Origin: Candidatus Limnocylindrus sp.
Lineage (GTDB): Bacteria > Chloroflexota > Limnocylindria > Limnocylindrales > Limnocylindraceae
NCBI GenBank assembly: GCA_040397175.1
Contig: JBBAWM010000002.1
Location: 128,001-192,000 of the forward strand
Length of the DNA: 64,000 nt
Direction of reading: 5' to 3'
This document shows positions 10,030 through 20,154 of the stretch, piece by piece. Within the stretch, counting starts at the first letter, position 1. Each line of letters opens with the position of its first letter. A program made the position numbers and the translations under genes. The notes beneath the pieces were generated by a model that saw nothing but the letters and a program-made list of their open reading frames with translations, had not been told where the DNA came from and made no database searches.

Positions 10030-11009
10030 GGGCGAGAGCGTAGCACCGCCCCCAGAACGCGCCGCCAACGCCCGCCACGCTGCTCAATCAGCCCGCGCAG
10101 GCTCAAGAGGGTCAGTGCAGCCACCATTGCCCCGGGCAACTCCCCCGAAATGTCGCTCAGATCGCCCTCTACGACCCCCTCAGCCCCAGCTGCATCCACT
10201 CTCTGGAGGATTTCGCGCTGCAGCCCAGAGGCTTCACCCATTGTGCCGCTCGCCGTTGGGGCGGTCACCCTGAAGCGGTCCACAAAATCGCCATGCAAGG
10301 ACAGTGCACAGACAGTAAGCCACGCGCGGAGGTCGGCCTCCCCTGCGATGAGCACGGGTGAGCGCTCTTCGGTGAGGCGCAAAGACAACTCCTGTGCTCG
10401 CTGTAGCCAGCGGAGACCCCCCGCGGCACTCTCGGCGCCGTACGGGGCATTCACAACAGCGACTGGAAGCCCGAACCCTGCCGCCGATTCGGCGGTGATC
10501 AGCGCCCCAGATCCTTCCGGCGCCTCGACGACGATGAGCCCGTCGCAGAGCGCGGCCAGGAGGTGGTTGCGAGCGGCGAAGCTCCAGGCGGCAGGCGGGG
10601 TCCCGACCGGACGATCGGAGAGTAGGAGCCCCACCTCCTGGATCTGCGCAGCAAGGCGCCGCGCCCCGTAGCGCAGCCCGAGCGGGGCTGGGCTAGGAAG
10701 TACTGCGATCGTCTCCCCTCCCGCCTCTACGGCGGCCAGATGGGCCGTCTCGTCGATCCCCAGGGCGAGTCCTGACACCACGCACCAGCCCGCCCCCGCC
10801 ACCTCGAAGGCGATGCGCCGAGCCGCCGCAGTGCCATGCGGCGAGGGGCGCCTGGTGCCGACGATCCCGATCGATGGCCTCCCTAGCACCTCCAGCTGCC
10901 CCAGGGCCCAGAGCGGGCGCCGCCGATCTGCATCAGGGGCTAGCCCGAGCGGCCCGCTGCGCCGTTCGGGGATGCGCGGGTCACCCGGGCGCAGTAGTAC
11001 GGCGCTCAC
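10026..11009 (-). CDS. dprA: DNA-protecting protein DprA
   Basis: IGIVGTR, VVSGLALGID, FAARN, VVEAPEGSGALITA, C-terminal wHTH-like tail. Confidence 0.9.
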   Translation of the reverse strand: MSAVLLRPGDPRIPERRSGPLGLAPDADRRRPLWALGQLEVLGRPSIGIVGTRRPSPHGTAAARRIAFEVAGAGWCVVSGLALGIDETAHLAAVEAGGETIAVLPSPAPLGLRYGARRLAAQIQEVGLLLSDRPVGTPPAAWSFAARNHLLAALCDGLIVVEAPEGSGALITAESAAGFGLPVAVVNAPYGAESAAGGLRWLQRAQELSLRLTEERSPVLIAGEADLRAWLTVCALSLHGDFVDRFRVTAPTASGTMGEASGLQREILQRVDAAGAEGVVEGDLSDISGELPGAMVAALTLLSLRGLIEQRGGRWRRVLGAVLRSRP

Positions 11010-12445
11010 CAGCGATCGCCGTGCAGGTGGATCGCCTCTGCCACATCAGCATCGCCCACCCGATCGCGGCCGTCGAGGAGCGCCACCACCATCGCAACCC
11101 GTTCTATCTGACTCCATGCCCGTATGCCGAGACCTTCAATGGTGCGGCGTGTCGCAACGGTCATTGCGTCGGTACCGTGAGGCTGCTGCCCAAGTGCGGC
11201 GCGGACAGCGGTTGCACGTTCGCGAGCCGCAATCGTGGTGAGTTCGCCGCGCGGAAGTGCAGCCAGTGGCGTGCTCGGTCGAGCAAGCCGCACGCGCAGC
11301 GGGAATCGATCACGAATCGGTGCCGAGAGCGAGAGGCTCCCCCGACGTCGCGCGGCAGGGAGGCAGCGGCAGGTGCCACTCGGCTGCTCCAGCTCCCCAC
11401 AGCCGCAGGGATTTCCGGTGGCCGCCACGATCGCATCCGCAGGAAAGCGAACCGAACGCCCCGCGCGAACCAGATCAACACTCCCGCGCTCCAGTGGTTC
11501 TCGCAGCGCCTCCAGCGCATCACGCCGGAATTCACCGATCTCATCAAGCAACAAGAGTCCGCGATGCGCCCAGGTAAGTTCGCCCGGCGTCATCCGAGGG
11601 CCTCCGCCGATGAGCCCCGCCACCGTGATGTCGTGGTGCGGAGCCCGCAACGGGGGGCGTAACGGTTGGCCCACAGCATGACCACCTGCAGAGGCAATGG
11701 ATGCGACCTCGCTGCGCTCCTCCATCGCGAGATCAGGGAGGATTGCATGCAACGCACGAGCAAGCATCGACTTTCCAACGCCTGGCGGCCCCTCAAGCAG
11801 AATTGGAAAGCGTCCGCACGCTGCGATCAAGATGGCACGCGAAGCAAGGGGCTGTCCACGAATGTTCGCAAGCTCGCAGCTCTCCTCATCACCAAACGTG
11901 GACAGCGCCGGACTCGCTCGTACCAAATCGACCCTTCTTCGGCCGGTGACCACCGCCGACGCCGCATCCGCCAGCGTGGCAACCGGCATCACGGCTCCGC
12001 TAGACAAACCAGGGAGCATCTCCATGCTCGCAGGGAGCAGCACACGGTGACCCGCGGATAGGAGCGGAAGAGCAAGTGGCAAGGCGCCAGGGACACTCCG
12101 CACCCTGCCATCAAGCGCCAGCTCACCGATCGCGGCGAGGGTTTCCTTGCCGCGATGGTGGATCTGTCCGCTGGCAAGGAGGATGCCGATGGCGATGGCG
12201 AGATCAAATGAACCGCCACTCTTGCGAAGGTCGGCCGGTGCGAGATTGATCGTGATACGACGAGCGGGCCAGGTGTAGCCCGCAGCACGAATGGCGGAAC
12301 GGATGCGCTCGCGAGCTTCGCCTACGGCGGTGTCAGGGAGGCCAACGATTCGGGTCGCCGGAATGCCAGGGGCAACGTCGACCTCGACCTCAACCGGCAC
12401 CCCTTCAATACCAACGAGCGCGGTAGAGGCGACCGATGTTGGCAT
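11006..12445 (-). CDS. comM: YifB/ComM Mg-chelatase-like AAA+ ATPase
   Basis: IVGLPDTAVGEARERIR, INLAPADLRKSG, GPPGVGKS, RAPHH, LLDE, NPCGCG. Confidence 0.92.
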   Translation of the reverse strand: MPTSVASTALVGIEGVPVEVEVDVAPGIPATRIVGLPDTAVGEARERIRSAIRAAGYTWPARRITINLAPADLRKSGGSFDLAIAIGILLASGQIHHRGKETLAAIGELALDGRVRSVPGALPLALPLLSAGHRVLLPASMEMLPGLSSGAVMPVATLADAASAVVTGRRRVDLVRASPALSTFGDEESCELANIRGQPLASRAILIAACGRFPILLEGPPGVGKSMLARALHAILPDLAMEERSEVASIASAGGHAVGQPLRPPLRAPHHDITVAGLIGGGPRMTPGELTWAHRGLLLLDEIGEFRRDALEALREPLERGSVDLVRAGRSVRFPADAIVAATGNPCGCGELEQPSGTCRCLPAARRRGSLSLSAPIRDRFPLRVRLARPSTPLAALPRGELTTIAARERATAVRAALGQQPHGTDAMTVATRRTIEGLGIRAWSQIERVAMVVALLDGRDRVGDADVAEAIHLHGDRW

Positions 12446-12489
12446 GAAGAGACGATCGCATCGACCACGTACGAGTCACGTAGCAGGGG

Positions 12490-13137
12490 CTAGAGGTTGG
12501 CGGAAACCTCGGCAATCGTGTCGATGAGGCGCGCCGACCAGCCTTCGAGTTCCTCTCTACGGCGCAGCGCCTCGCGCACCGGTACGAGGGAGCCTGCGAG
12601 CTTGTGCGTTTCACGAATGTGAATCGATGGCGAAGTCAACCGCGCAATGAAGACCACGCCCAGGTGCACCCGACCAACATCGTCACCGTCATCGTTGAGC
12701 AACCCGAGTGGTGTGAACTGCGGAAGGGTGGGCGTGTCAACCTCTTCGGCCCATTCGCGCGCGAGGGCGGCGTGTATGCCGCCATCGTTTGGCGAGATGT
12801 GCCCACCCACGCCGAACGAGGCTCGACCATGCAGTCGTTTGTCACTGCCACCGGGGAGACGATCCATCCAGAAGAGCTGCGTCTCACCTGCAGGTGTCCC
12901 ATCAGGGCGGTAAAGAGCCACCGCATAGGGGATCGGCTGCTTCCAGGAGGGATCGGATTCTAGATCGCGCCGCGGACGCGGCTGCGCCAACCGGTCAAGG
13001 CGTGCGATCTCACGCTCCCCCTCTTCGGTGCTGGTGAAGGCGCGGAGTCCTGTCCAGGCCCCTGCAGGGAGTGCAAGGTCGCGAGGCATGCCAACGATCT
13101 CTTCGTCGGCGCCCTTCGCCAACGGATCAGCGCTCAC
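12490..13137 (-). CDS. NUDIX-family phosphoesterase (YmaB-like)
   Basis: ESDPSWKQPIPY, RLHGRASFGVGGH, AREWAEEV Nudix box, VGRVHLG. Start set at GTG 13137, overlapping the tyrA stop. Confidence 0.75.
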   Translation of the reverse strand: MSADPLAKGADEEIVGMPRDLALPAGAWTGLRAFTSTEEGEREIARLDRLAQPRPRRDLESDPSWKQPIPYAVALYRPDGTPAGETQLFWMDRLPGGSDKRLHGRASFGVGGHISPNDGGIHAALAREWAEEVDTPTLPQFTPLGLLNDDGDDVGRVHLGVVFIARLTSPSIHIRETHKLAGSLVPVREALRRREELEGWSARLIDTIAEVSANL

Positions 13138-14042
13138 TCGCTCTCCGTTAGCACCGCACGGGCGGCGGCGAGGCGCCCCTCCAGGTCGGTTCGGCCAAAC
13201 ACGGGGTCGTTCTCTGCCGCGGCCAAGCGCGCATCCCACTGCTCCAAGACGAGTCGAAGTGTCTTCAGGCGACGGCGAACCTCGCGCGCGTTCGTCGCCA
13301 AGATATCGGCTCCCATCGCCTCAGAGCCGCGTGCGAGGCGTGTGGCAGAGAGCCAACCGGTGCTCGCGAGCAGGTGCGAGATCTTCCAGCCGTCATGGGC
13401 ATCGGCCGCCTCTCCGAGCGCCACGGTCTCTACGAGCGCTGCGGCAAGGAGGAGTGGCAGGTGGCTGACCGCGGCGGTGGCAGCGTCATGCAGCTCCGCC
13501 TCCAGGATCACTGGCCGAGCACCGCAGCTGGTTGCGAGACGCTCAACGAGTGCGGCCGCGCCTCCACCATTGGCGCCGGGAACAACCACCCACGGTCGCC
13601 CAAGGAAGAGGTTGGCGTCTGCCGAAGCGAAACCAGTCTCGTGGCTCCCCGCCATCGGATGGCCGCCACAGAAACGAATGTTCCGTGCCGCCGCCTCCTT
13701 CGCGATCCAGACCTTCGTCGAGGCGACGTCTGTAACGACCGCCCCGTCCGCAAGGCGTCCAGATCGGCGACAGATCACCAACTCATCGAGCAGTGCCGTC
13801 ATGGCGATCGGTGGCGCACAGAGAATTACCAACGCTGCTCCATCAACCGTTTCGGCAATCGATCGGCCAACGGTATCGATCACACCCGCCGCTAGCGCCT
13901 CTCGCGGTCCAGTCTGCGATGGGGTCCAAGCAGCAATTTCCAGGCCGCTCTCATCAAGTGGGCCAACGGCGGCTGGGTCTTCACGCAGCGCCCGCGCAAT
14001 CGAACCGCCAATCAGGCCCAGGCCGAGCAGTGCGACCTTCAC
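13134..14042 (-). CDS. tyrA: Prephenate/arogenate dehydrogenase
   Basis: GLGLIGGS, TDVASTK, GGHPMAGS, HDAATAAVSHLP, TRLA. Confidence 0.9.
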   Translation of the reverse strand: MKVALLGLGLIGGSIARALREDPAAVGPLDESGLEIAAWTPSQTGPREALAAGVIDTVGRSIAETVDGAALVILCAPPIAMTALLDELVICRRSGRLADGAVVTDVASTKVWIAKEAAARNIRFCGGHPMAGSHETGFASADANLFLGRPWVVVPGANGGGAAALVERLATSCGARPVILEAELHDAATAAVSHLPLLLAAALVETVALGEAADAHDGWKISHLLASTGWLSATRLARGSEAMGADILATNAREVRRRLKTLRLVLEQWDARLAAAENDPVFGRTDLEGRLAAARAVLTESE

Positions 14043-14048
14043 AGGCGA

Positions 14049-15455
14049 TCAGCCAACGGTGGCGATGGCGTCGAGAGCCCGAATGACCGCGCGGATGCCA
14101 CCCTCAAAATTGCCGAGATCCATCGACTCATTCGGCGCGTGCGCATTGTCGTCAGGTGGTGTGAAACCGAGGAGCACAACTGGTAGACCGAGCTCCTTCT
14201 GGAAGAGCGCGGCGATCGGAATGGATCCGCCTTCGCGGATGTAGAGCGGCGGTACGCCAAACGTGGCCTCAAGGGCTCCGGCGGCAGCGTTGAGGTACGG
14301 ATCTCCAAGTGGGGTGAGGAAGGCGTCGCCGTTGCCAAGGTTCTGCACCTCCACCTGCAGGCCAGTAGGGGCCGCAGCGCGCAGGGCCGCTTCAACCTGT
14401 CGCCCGACCTTCGCGGGGTCCTGGGCTGTGACCAGGCGGCATGAAATTTTAGCGTGTGCGTGCGCAGGGATGATCGTCTTAGAGCCATCGCCCATGAAAC
14501 CGCCCCAAATGCCATTCACATCAAGTGTTGGGCGCCCACCGCGTCGCTCGACCGTGGAGTAACCGCTCTCCCCCGCCGTGGCGGTGGCCCCGATCCCAGA
14601 GAGATAGCCCGCCTCATCAAACGGCAGCGCCGCAAAGGCGGCGCGGTCTGCAGGGGTCAGCGCAACGACATCGTCGTAAAAGCCGGGTACCGTAATGTGG
14701 CCGTTCTCGTCATGCAGCGAAGCAATCATTGCAGCGAGGGCATTGGCAGGATTGATCACTGAGCCGCCGTAGCTCCCCGAGTGAAGGTCGACATCCGAGG
14801 CGCGCACATCCACTTGCAGATACGTGATTCCGCGAAGCCCAACCGTGAGGGCGGGTCGGTTGCCATCGAAGAAGCCGGAGTCACTGATGATTACGGCGTC
14901 GCCGCTGCAGCGCTCAGGATTCGACGCCATCCACGATTCAAGGTTTACGGAGCTGGACTCCTCTTCGCCCTCAAACACGTACTTCACGTTGACCGGCAGG
15001 GTGCCGCGCGTGATCACGAGCGCCTCGAGTGCGCTGAGATGAATCACGATTTGGCCCTTGTCGTCGGCCGAGCCGCGACCGAGCATGCGCCCGTCGCGAA
15101 CGATCGGCTCAAATGGGCTGGTCTTCCAGAGGTCAAGCGGGTCCCCGGGCTGCACGTCGTAGTGGCCATAGATCACCACGGTCGGTAGCGAGCTGTTGAC
15201 GATCTTCTCGGCAACAACGATGGGGTGACCACCCGTCTCGCTCACCTCGACGCGCTCCGCACCGATTCGACGGAGCTCGGCCGCAAGCCACTCTGCGGCT
15301 GCACGACAATCTGGCGCATGCTCAGAGAGCGCGGAGACGCTCGGGATCTTCAGGAACTCCGCATACTTCGCCATCCGCGCGGTGGCCGTTGCGACGAGAT
15401 GCGCCTCCTCTGGCCCCTCTAGCCCCTTCCAGGTGAGTGTTGGGGCGTACGCCAT
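14049..15455 (-). CDS. M20 family dipeptidase
   Basis: YGHYDVQP, GRGSADDKGQ, EGEEE, DLHSG, GGSIP, AHAPNE. Confidence 0.9.
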   Translation of the reverse strand: MAYAPTLTWKGLEGPEEAHLVATATARMAKYAEFLKIPSVSALSEHAPDCRAAAEWLAAELRRIGAERVEVSETGGHPIVVAEKIVNSSLPTVVIYGHYDVQPGDPLDLWKTSPFEPIVRDGRMLGRGSADDKGQIVIHLSALEALVITRGTLPVNVKYVFEGEEESSSVNLESWMASNPERCSGDAVIISDSGFFDGNRPALTVGLRGITYLQVDVRASDVDLHSGSYGGSVINPANALAAMIASLHDENGHITVPGFYDDVVALTPADRAAFAALPFDEAGYLSGIGATATAGESGYSTVERRGGRPTLDVNGIWGGFMGDGSKTIIPAHAHAKISCRLVTAQDPAKVGRQVEAALRAAAPTGLQVEVQNLGNGDAFLTPLGDPYLNAAAGALEATFGVPPLYIREGGSIPIAALFQKELGLPVVLLGFTPPDDNAHAPNESMDLGNFEGGIRAVIRALDAIATVG

Positions 15456-17425
15456 CAGGCCGGCTGCCCTGCCGCCGCACCGCCAGGGCCAGGCTTGACC
15501 ACGTTCTCAGCCTTCGCATCGGCGCTCACCAGTGGAATGGAGACGCCAGCGGCGCGCAGTCGATCCAGTAGCCCAGAGTATGCAGCTGGCTTTGCAGGCA
15601 GATCCGCAAAGAGCCCTTCAAAGGCCTCCCCCTCCACCGTCTCCTCTGCGATCAACTTGGCCGCAAGGGCATCCAGGCGATCGCGATGCTTTGTGAGCAC
15701 CTCACGAGCACGGACCGCACCACGGTCGATGATCGCACGTACCTCTTCATCGATCTGCTTCGCAACGGACTCTGAGTAGTTCTTCTGCTCCGACATCTCG
15801 CGGCCCAAGAAGATCATCTCGTCCTGACGGCCGAGCGTGACGGTCCCAAGCTTCTCGGACATGCCGAAGCGCGTCACCATCTTGCGCGCAAGATCGGTCG
15901 CCTTCTCGATGTCGTTCGAAGCTCCGGTGGTGGTGTCACCGAAGACCAGCTGTTCGGCAACATTCCCACCGAGCATTGCGGCGATCTTGTCTTCGAATTC
16001 GCTCTTGCTCTGCAGGTAGCGGTCTTCCGTCGGAAGGTTCATCGTGTAGCCGAGCGCCATGCCGCGGCTGATCACCGTCACCTTGCTAACCGGATCGCAC
16101 TTCTCAAGGATGCGCCCAACCACCGCATGGCCGCCTTCGTGGTACGCGATGATCTGCTTCTCTGGTTCGGTAATAAGACGACTCTTGCGCTGTGGTCCGG
16201 CCATGACGCGATCGAGGGCTTCGGCAAACTCGTCCATGCCAATCGTGCGCTTGCTACGACGTGCGGCGAGGATCGCAGCCTCGTTCATGAGGTTCGCCAG
16301 ATCTGCACCCGAGAAGCCTGGTGAGCGGCGTGCGATCTCTTCAAGATTGACGCTCTTGTCGAGTGGCTTCCCCTTCACGTGCACCTTCAAGATCGCGAGG
16401 CGACCCTTCAGGTCTGGACGATCCAGGATCACCTGGCGGTCGAAGCGACCCGGGCGGAGGAGCGCAGGGTCGAGCACATCGGGACGGTTTGTGGCGGCGA
16501 TGATGATCACGTTCGTGCCGGTCTCGAAGCCGTCCATCTCCACGAGGATCTGGTTCAGGGTCTGTTCGCGTTCGTCATGTGAGCCGCCGAGCCCAGCGCC
16601 ACGCTGTCGACCAACGGCGTCAATCTCGTCAATGAAGACGATGCACGGCGAGTTGCGCTTCGCCTGATCGAAGAGGTCGCGCACACGCGAGGCACCCACG
16701 CCAACGAACATCTCGACGAATTCAGAGCCAGAGATGCTGAAGAACGGCACGCCGGCCTCGCCAGCAACGGCGCGGGCGAGCAGGGTCTTCCCGGTGCCTG
16801 GTGAGCCGATCAAGAGGACGCCCTTCGGAATCTTTGCGCCGAGCGCCTCGAAGCGCTCAGGAAATTTCAGGAACTCCACGACCTCTTCCAGTTCAACCTT
16901 GGCCTCCTCGACGCCTGCGACATCGGCAAAGGTGACGGGGGTTTTGTTTGCAATGAACATCTTCGCCTTGCTCTTGCCGAAGCTCATCGCCTGGTTGTTC
17001 TGCCCCTGGGCGCTGCGCATCATGAAGACGAAGAGGCCACCGATCAGGAGGACCGGCAGCAGGGCGCTAATCAGCAGGCTGAAGAGTTGACCGGAGTCGT
17101 CGGGCTTCTTGGCGCCGAACGTCACGTTGTCGGGGTTACGACCGCCAGCAACGGCCGCGGCTCGAACATCGTTGTAGACATCGGTGAGTTGTGTTGGGAC
17201 CTGCACCTCGTAGGTCTCAGGTGGGGTGCCGGTCTTGGTAATCGTCAGGATCTGATCCTGTTGCACGACGGAGGCAATGCTGCCACTGCGAACCTCGGCC
17301 AAGAACGCCGAGTAGTCCTTCGTGGGGGCGGGCACAGGGGTAAGGAGGACGCTGCCGAGCAGCACGACCGTGCCCAGGAGCAGGATCAGCATGACTGCAC
17401 CGTTTCGCAGAGCCTTTGGAATCAT
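15455..17425 (-). CDS. ftsH: ATP-dependent zinc metalloprotease FtsH
   Basis: Two TM helices, [15 protein letters not shown]-like Walker [15 protein letters not shown]. Start at ATG 17425 after SD GGAGGG. Confidence 0.97.
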   Translation of the reverse strand: MIPKALRNGAVMLILLLGTVVLLGSVLLTPVPAPTKDYSAFLAEVRSGSIASVVQQDQILTITKTGTPPETYEVQVPTQLTDVYNDVRAAAVAGGRNPDNVTFGAKKPDDSGQLFSLLISALLPVLLIGGLFVFMMRSAQGQNNQAMSFGKSKAKMFIANKTPVTFADVAGVEEAKVELEEVVEFLKFPERFEALGAKIPKGVLLIGSPGTGKTLLARAVAGEAGVPFFSISGSEFVEMFVGVGASRVRDLFDQAKRNSPCIVFIDEIDAVGRQRGAGLGGSHDEREQTLNQILVEMDGFETGTNVIIIAATNRPDVLDPALLRPGRFDRQVILDRPDLKGRLAILKVHVKGKPLDKSVNLEEIARRSPGFSGADLANLMNEAAILAARRSKRTIGMDEFAEALDRVMAGPQRKSRLITEPEKQIIAYHEGGHAVVGRILEKCDPVSKVTVISRGMALGYTMNLPTEDRYLQSKSEFEDKIAAMLGGNVAEQLVFGDTTTGASNDIEKATDLARKMVTRFGMSEKLGTVTLGRQDEMIFLGREMSEQKNYSESVAKQIDEEVRAIIDRGAVRAREVLTKHRDRLDALAAKLIAEETVEGEAFEGLFADLPAKPAAYSGLLDRLRAAGVSIPLVSADAKAENVVKPGPGGAAAGQPA

Positions 17426-17462
17426 TTGGTTCCCTCCGTTCTCCGTCTTCCCCAAAGGTGCA

Positions 17463-17537
17463 TGGTAGCGAGGGCAGGAATCGAACCTGCTACCAAGGGC
17501 TTATGAATCCCCTGCTCTACCGGTGAGCTACCTCGCC
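17463..17537 (-). tRNA. tRNA with CAT anticodon, probably elongator tRNA-Met
   Basis: GGCGAGG-TAGCTCACCGGTAGAGC-A-GGGGA-TTCATAA-GCCCT-TGGTA-GCAGGTTCGATTCCTGC-CCTCGCT-ACCA folds as a cloverleaf with encoded CCA. G1-U72 pairing and no C1:A72 mismatch argue against initiator. Confidence 0.92.
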
Positions 17538-17549
17538 GTGCCTCTGCAT

Positions 17550-17555
17550 AGGATA
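17550..17555 (-). promoter_or_regulatory. Putative -10 box (TATCCT) for tRNA/ftsH
   Basis: TANNNT 12 nt upstream of the tRNA 5' end. Confidence 0.5.
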
Positions 17556-17612
17556 CCGAACGGGGCTCCCCCACGCACCACGAGGCCAGGAGGCGCCACG
17601 AAGGCGATCCGC

Positions 17613-17618
17613 TAGGCT
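17613..17618 (+). promoter_or_regulatory. Putative leaderless -10 box (TAGGCT)
   Basis: 6 nt before ATG 17625, with no SD in between. Confidence 0.6.
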
Positions 17619-17624
17619 CCGAGA

Positions 17625-18098
17625 ATGCTTCGAATCCTCGCCCTCTGCCACGGCAACATCTGCCGCTCCCCCCTGGCCGAGGTGCTCATTGAGGCGGCAG
17701 TTGCCGCCGACCCGCTCCTGGCTGGGCGCGTGGCCGTCTCAAGTGCGGGCACCTCAAACGAGCATGCCGGCGAGGGGATGCACGAGAACAGCGCCGCCAT
17801 CTTGCGGGCCCGCGACCTGAGAACCACACACCGGGCACGTCTCTTCACCCCAGCACTCGCTTCAACCGTTGATCTGGTCCTCGCCGCAGATCAGGCGAAC
17901 CTGCGAAACGGGCGTAGCATCATTCGCATGGGAGAGCGACAGCCAGAGATCCGACTCCTGCGGGACTTTGATCCGACGGCAGCTGGTCGAGATCTAGATG
18001 ACCCGTGGGGCTACCCGCCGGCAGAGTATGAACGCATCGCCGCGGAAATTACGGCGGCGATTCCTGGACTACTCGCGGAGCTGCGCGACCGACTCTAA
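17625..18098 (+). CDS. Low-molecular-weight protein-tyrosine phosphatase
   Basis: CHGNICRS P-loop, SSAGT, DLDDPWG. Confidence 0.92.
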   Translation: MLRILALCHGNICRSPLAEVLIEAAVAADPLLAGRVAVSSAGTSNEHAGEGMHENSAAILRARDLRTTHRARLFTPALASTVDLVLAADQANLRNGRSIIRMGERQPEIRLLRDFDPTAAGRDLDDPWGYPPAEYERIAAEITAAIPGLLAELRDRL

Positions 18099-18100
18099 CG

Positions 18101-19126
18101 CTACTTGAACGAGAGGATTGCGTCCACGAGGACCCGATCGAACGCATCGGCGTCGACACCGACCGCCACGTCAACATCAGGAGTGCGTCCGCGCTGCTTC
18201 AGGCGATCGCCATACCAGTCGGTAATCGTTCGACCACGTGCCAGATCACCGAGCTCAACGTCAACGGCGGCGTGCACTAGGGCCAACAAGTTTGGCACGG
18301 CAAGGTGCGCCACCGCAACCGCATCGTGCACGGCAGAGGCTGGCCAGTCGTAGCGATCCTTATGGAAGATGGCGTAGAAGCGCAGCAGGTCGGCGAAGAT
18401 CTTCGCCGGCAGTGTTCCTGCAGCATCGAGCCGCTTCATCGCCGCTTCGCCCGTGAGCGCACGGTGCGTCGCGTCAAGGCAGACCATGGTGATCGGGATC
18501 CCTGCGGCGAACACGATCGCTGCGGCGTCGGGATCAACGTACGAATTGAACTCCGCCGAAGCGGTGACGTTCCCCTCGGCGATCGCGCCGCCCATCCAGC
18601 AGATGTGCGCAATCTTTGTTTTCAGCTCCGGATGGTCTCGCAGCAGGATCGCAATGTTCGTCAGTGGCCCGAGCGGGACCAGTGTCACCGGCTCGCTCGC
18701 CTCACGCAGGAGCGTCGCAATCAGGTCAACAGCGCCTGCTGCGTGCTCAATGCCCGTTGGCGCTGGAAGCTCTGCGCCATCGAGCCCCGAATCGCCGTGC
18801 ACATACGGCGCAACCCAGAGTGGTCGCACGAGCGGCACATCGGCACCAGCGGCAACACGCACCTCGTTGGCGCCAAGCAGCGCCAGGGTGCGGCGCAGGT
18901 TTTCGTAGGTCTTTGGCAGTGACGCATTACCAGCAACGGCGGTGACACCGAGCACCTTCAGTTCTGGACGGGCAAACGCGACGGCGAGCGCCATCGCGTC
19001 GTCGTGACCAGGATCGCAATCGATGATGATTGGCAGTGGCTTCGCAACGGTGCCGAGTGGAGCCCGCCGAGGCGAAGGTGGGAACGGCGTGGAGAGCGGG
19101 AGCGGATTCGGCTTCAGCTCGCTCAT
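18101..19126 (-). CDS. Nucleoside hydrolase (IUNH/Rih family), paralog 2
   Basis: IIIDCDPGHDD, HGDSGL, LGPLTNIA, MGG, AEFN, HDAVA. Start at ATG 19126 (ATGA overlap). Confidence 0.92.
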   Translation of the reverse strand: MSELKPNPLPLSTPFPPSPRRAPLGTVAKPLPIIIDCDPGHDDAMALAVAFARPELKVLGVTAVAGNASLPKTYENLRRTLALLGANEVRVAAGADVPLVRPLWVAPYVHGDSGLDGAELPAPTGIEHAAGAVDLIATLLREASEPVTLVPLGPLTNIAILLRDHPELKTKIAHICWMGGAIAEGNVTASAEFNSYVDPDAAAIVFAAGIPITMVCLDATHRALTGEAAMKRLDAAGTLPAKIFADLLRFYAIFHKDRYDWPASAVHDAVAVAHLAVPNLLALVHAAVDVELGDLARGRTITDWYGDRLKQRGRTPDVDVAVGVDADAFDRVLVDAILSFK

Positions 19127-20142
19127 GGGAGCTTCGAGTATATATCCACCATTTCGTCTGCGAAGCGCTTGCTGTCGATGGTGAGCCCCACGTCGCAATT
19201 CGGCTCGAGCTTATCGCGCTTCAGTCGGTATGGATTCGCATCGCCAATCGTGCGACCGCGAGCCGGTCCTTGCGTTGCATCGACAACTACGTGGTACCGC
19301 GAAACGCCAACAAGGTCTGGAATGGCGAGGTGCAGCACCGCCACGGCGTCGTGAATGGCCATCTTCTCGCCTTGGCCCCATGCTGCGGAGCGGTCAAACG
19401 AGAACTTCAGGAGCTCGGCCGCTACCTTCGCCGATGCGCCAGGGAGTGCCGCGAAGCGCTCGAGAATGGAGCGGTCAAGAGTCGCATGGTGGGTCACATC
19501 GAGACCAATCATCGTGATCGGCAGGCCACTGTTGAACACAATCTCGGCCGCGGTTGGGTCGGCGTAGATGTTGAACTCTGCCGAGGCTGACGAGTTCCCT
19601 TCGCCGACTGATCCACCCATCAGGCAGATATGCGAGATCTTTGGTGCAAGGTATGGAAATGAACGAATGAGCAGGGCAATGTTTGTCAGCGGGCCGATAG
19701 GCACAAGGACAACCGGCTCGGAGGAGGCAATCAGCGTGCGGGCCATGAGGGCTACCGCCCCCTCCGGATCTGCTTTGCGAGCTGCTGCTGGGATAGTTGT
19801 CGAACCGAGCCCAGTTGCGCCATGAATCTCAGTTGCGCGCTCAAGAGGCCCAGAGAGCGGTCCCACCGCACCCTCCGCCACTGGGACGTCGCCCGCACCG
19901 TAGAGGTGCAGCAGGCGCAGCGCATTCTCGGTGCAATGCCGCACGTCGGCGTTGCCACCAACGCTCGTTACCGCGAGGAGGTTCAACTCTGGCCGCACCA
20001 CGGCGCAGGCAATTGCCAGCGCATCATCTAGCCCAGGATCGCAGTCGATGATGATCGGCAGCGGCTTATTCGCCGTGCCGAGCGGAGCCACCCGCGGGGT
20101 GAGGCCCGCCTCAGGAAGCCGAAACAGACCCACAGAGGCCAT
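19123..20142 (-). CDS. Nucleoside hydrolase (IUNH/Rih family), paralog 1
   Basis: IIIDCDPGLDD, HGATGL, IGPLTNIA, AEFNIYADP, HDAVA. Confidence 0.92.
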   Translation of the reverse strand: MASVGLFRLPEAGLTPRVAPLGTANKPLPIIIDCDPGLDDALAIACAVVRPELNLLAVTSVGGNADVRHCTENALRLLHLYGAGDVPVAEGAVGPLSGPLERATEIHGATGLGSTTIPAAARKADPEGAVALMARTLIASSEPVVLVPIGPLTNIALLIRSFPYLAPKISHICLMGGSVGEGNSSASAEFNIYADPTAAEIVFNSGLPITMIGLDVTHHATLDRSILERFAALPGASAKVAAELLKFSFDRSAAWGQGEKMAIHDAVAVLHLAIPDLVGVSRYHVVVDATQGPARGRTIGDANPYRLKRDKLEPNCDVGLTIDSKRFADEMVDIYSKLP

Positions 20143-20154
20143 GCTCGCCGCTCC

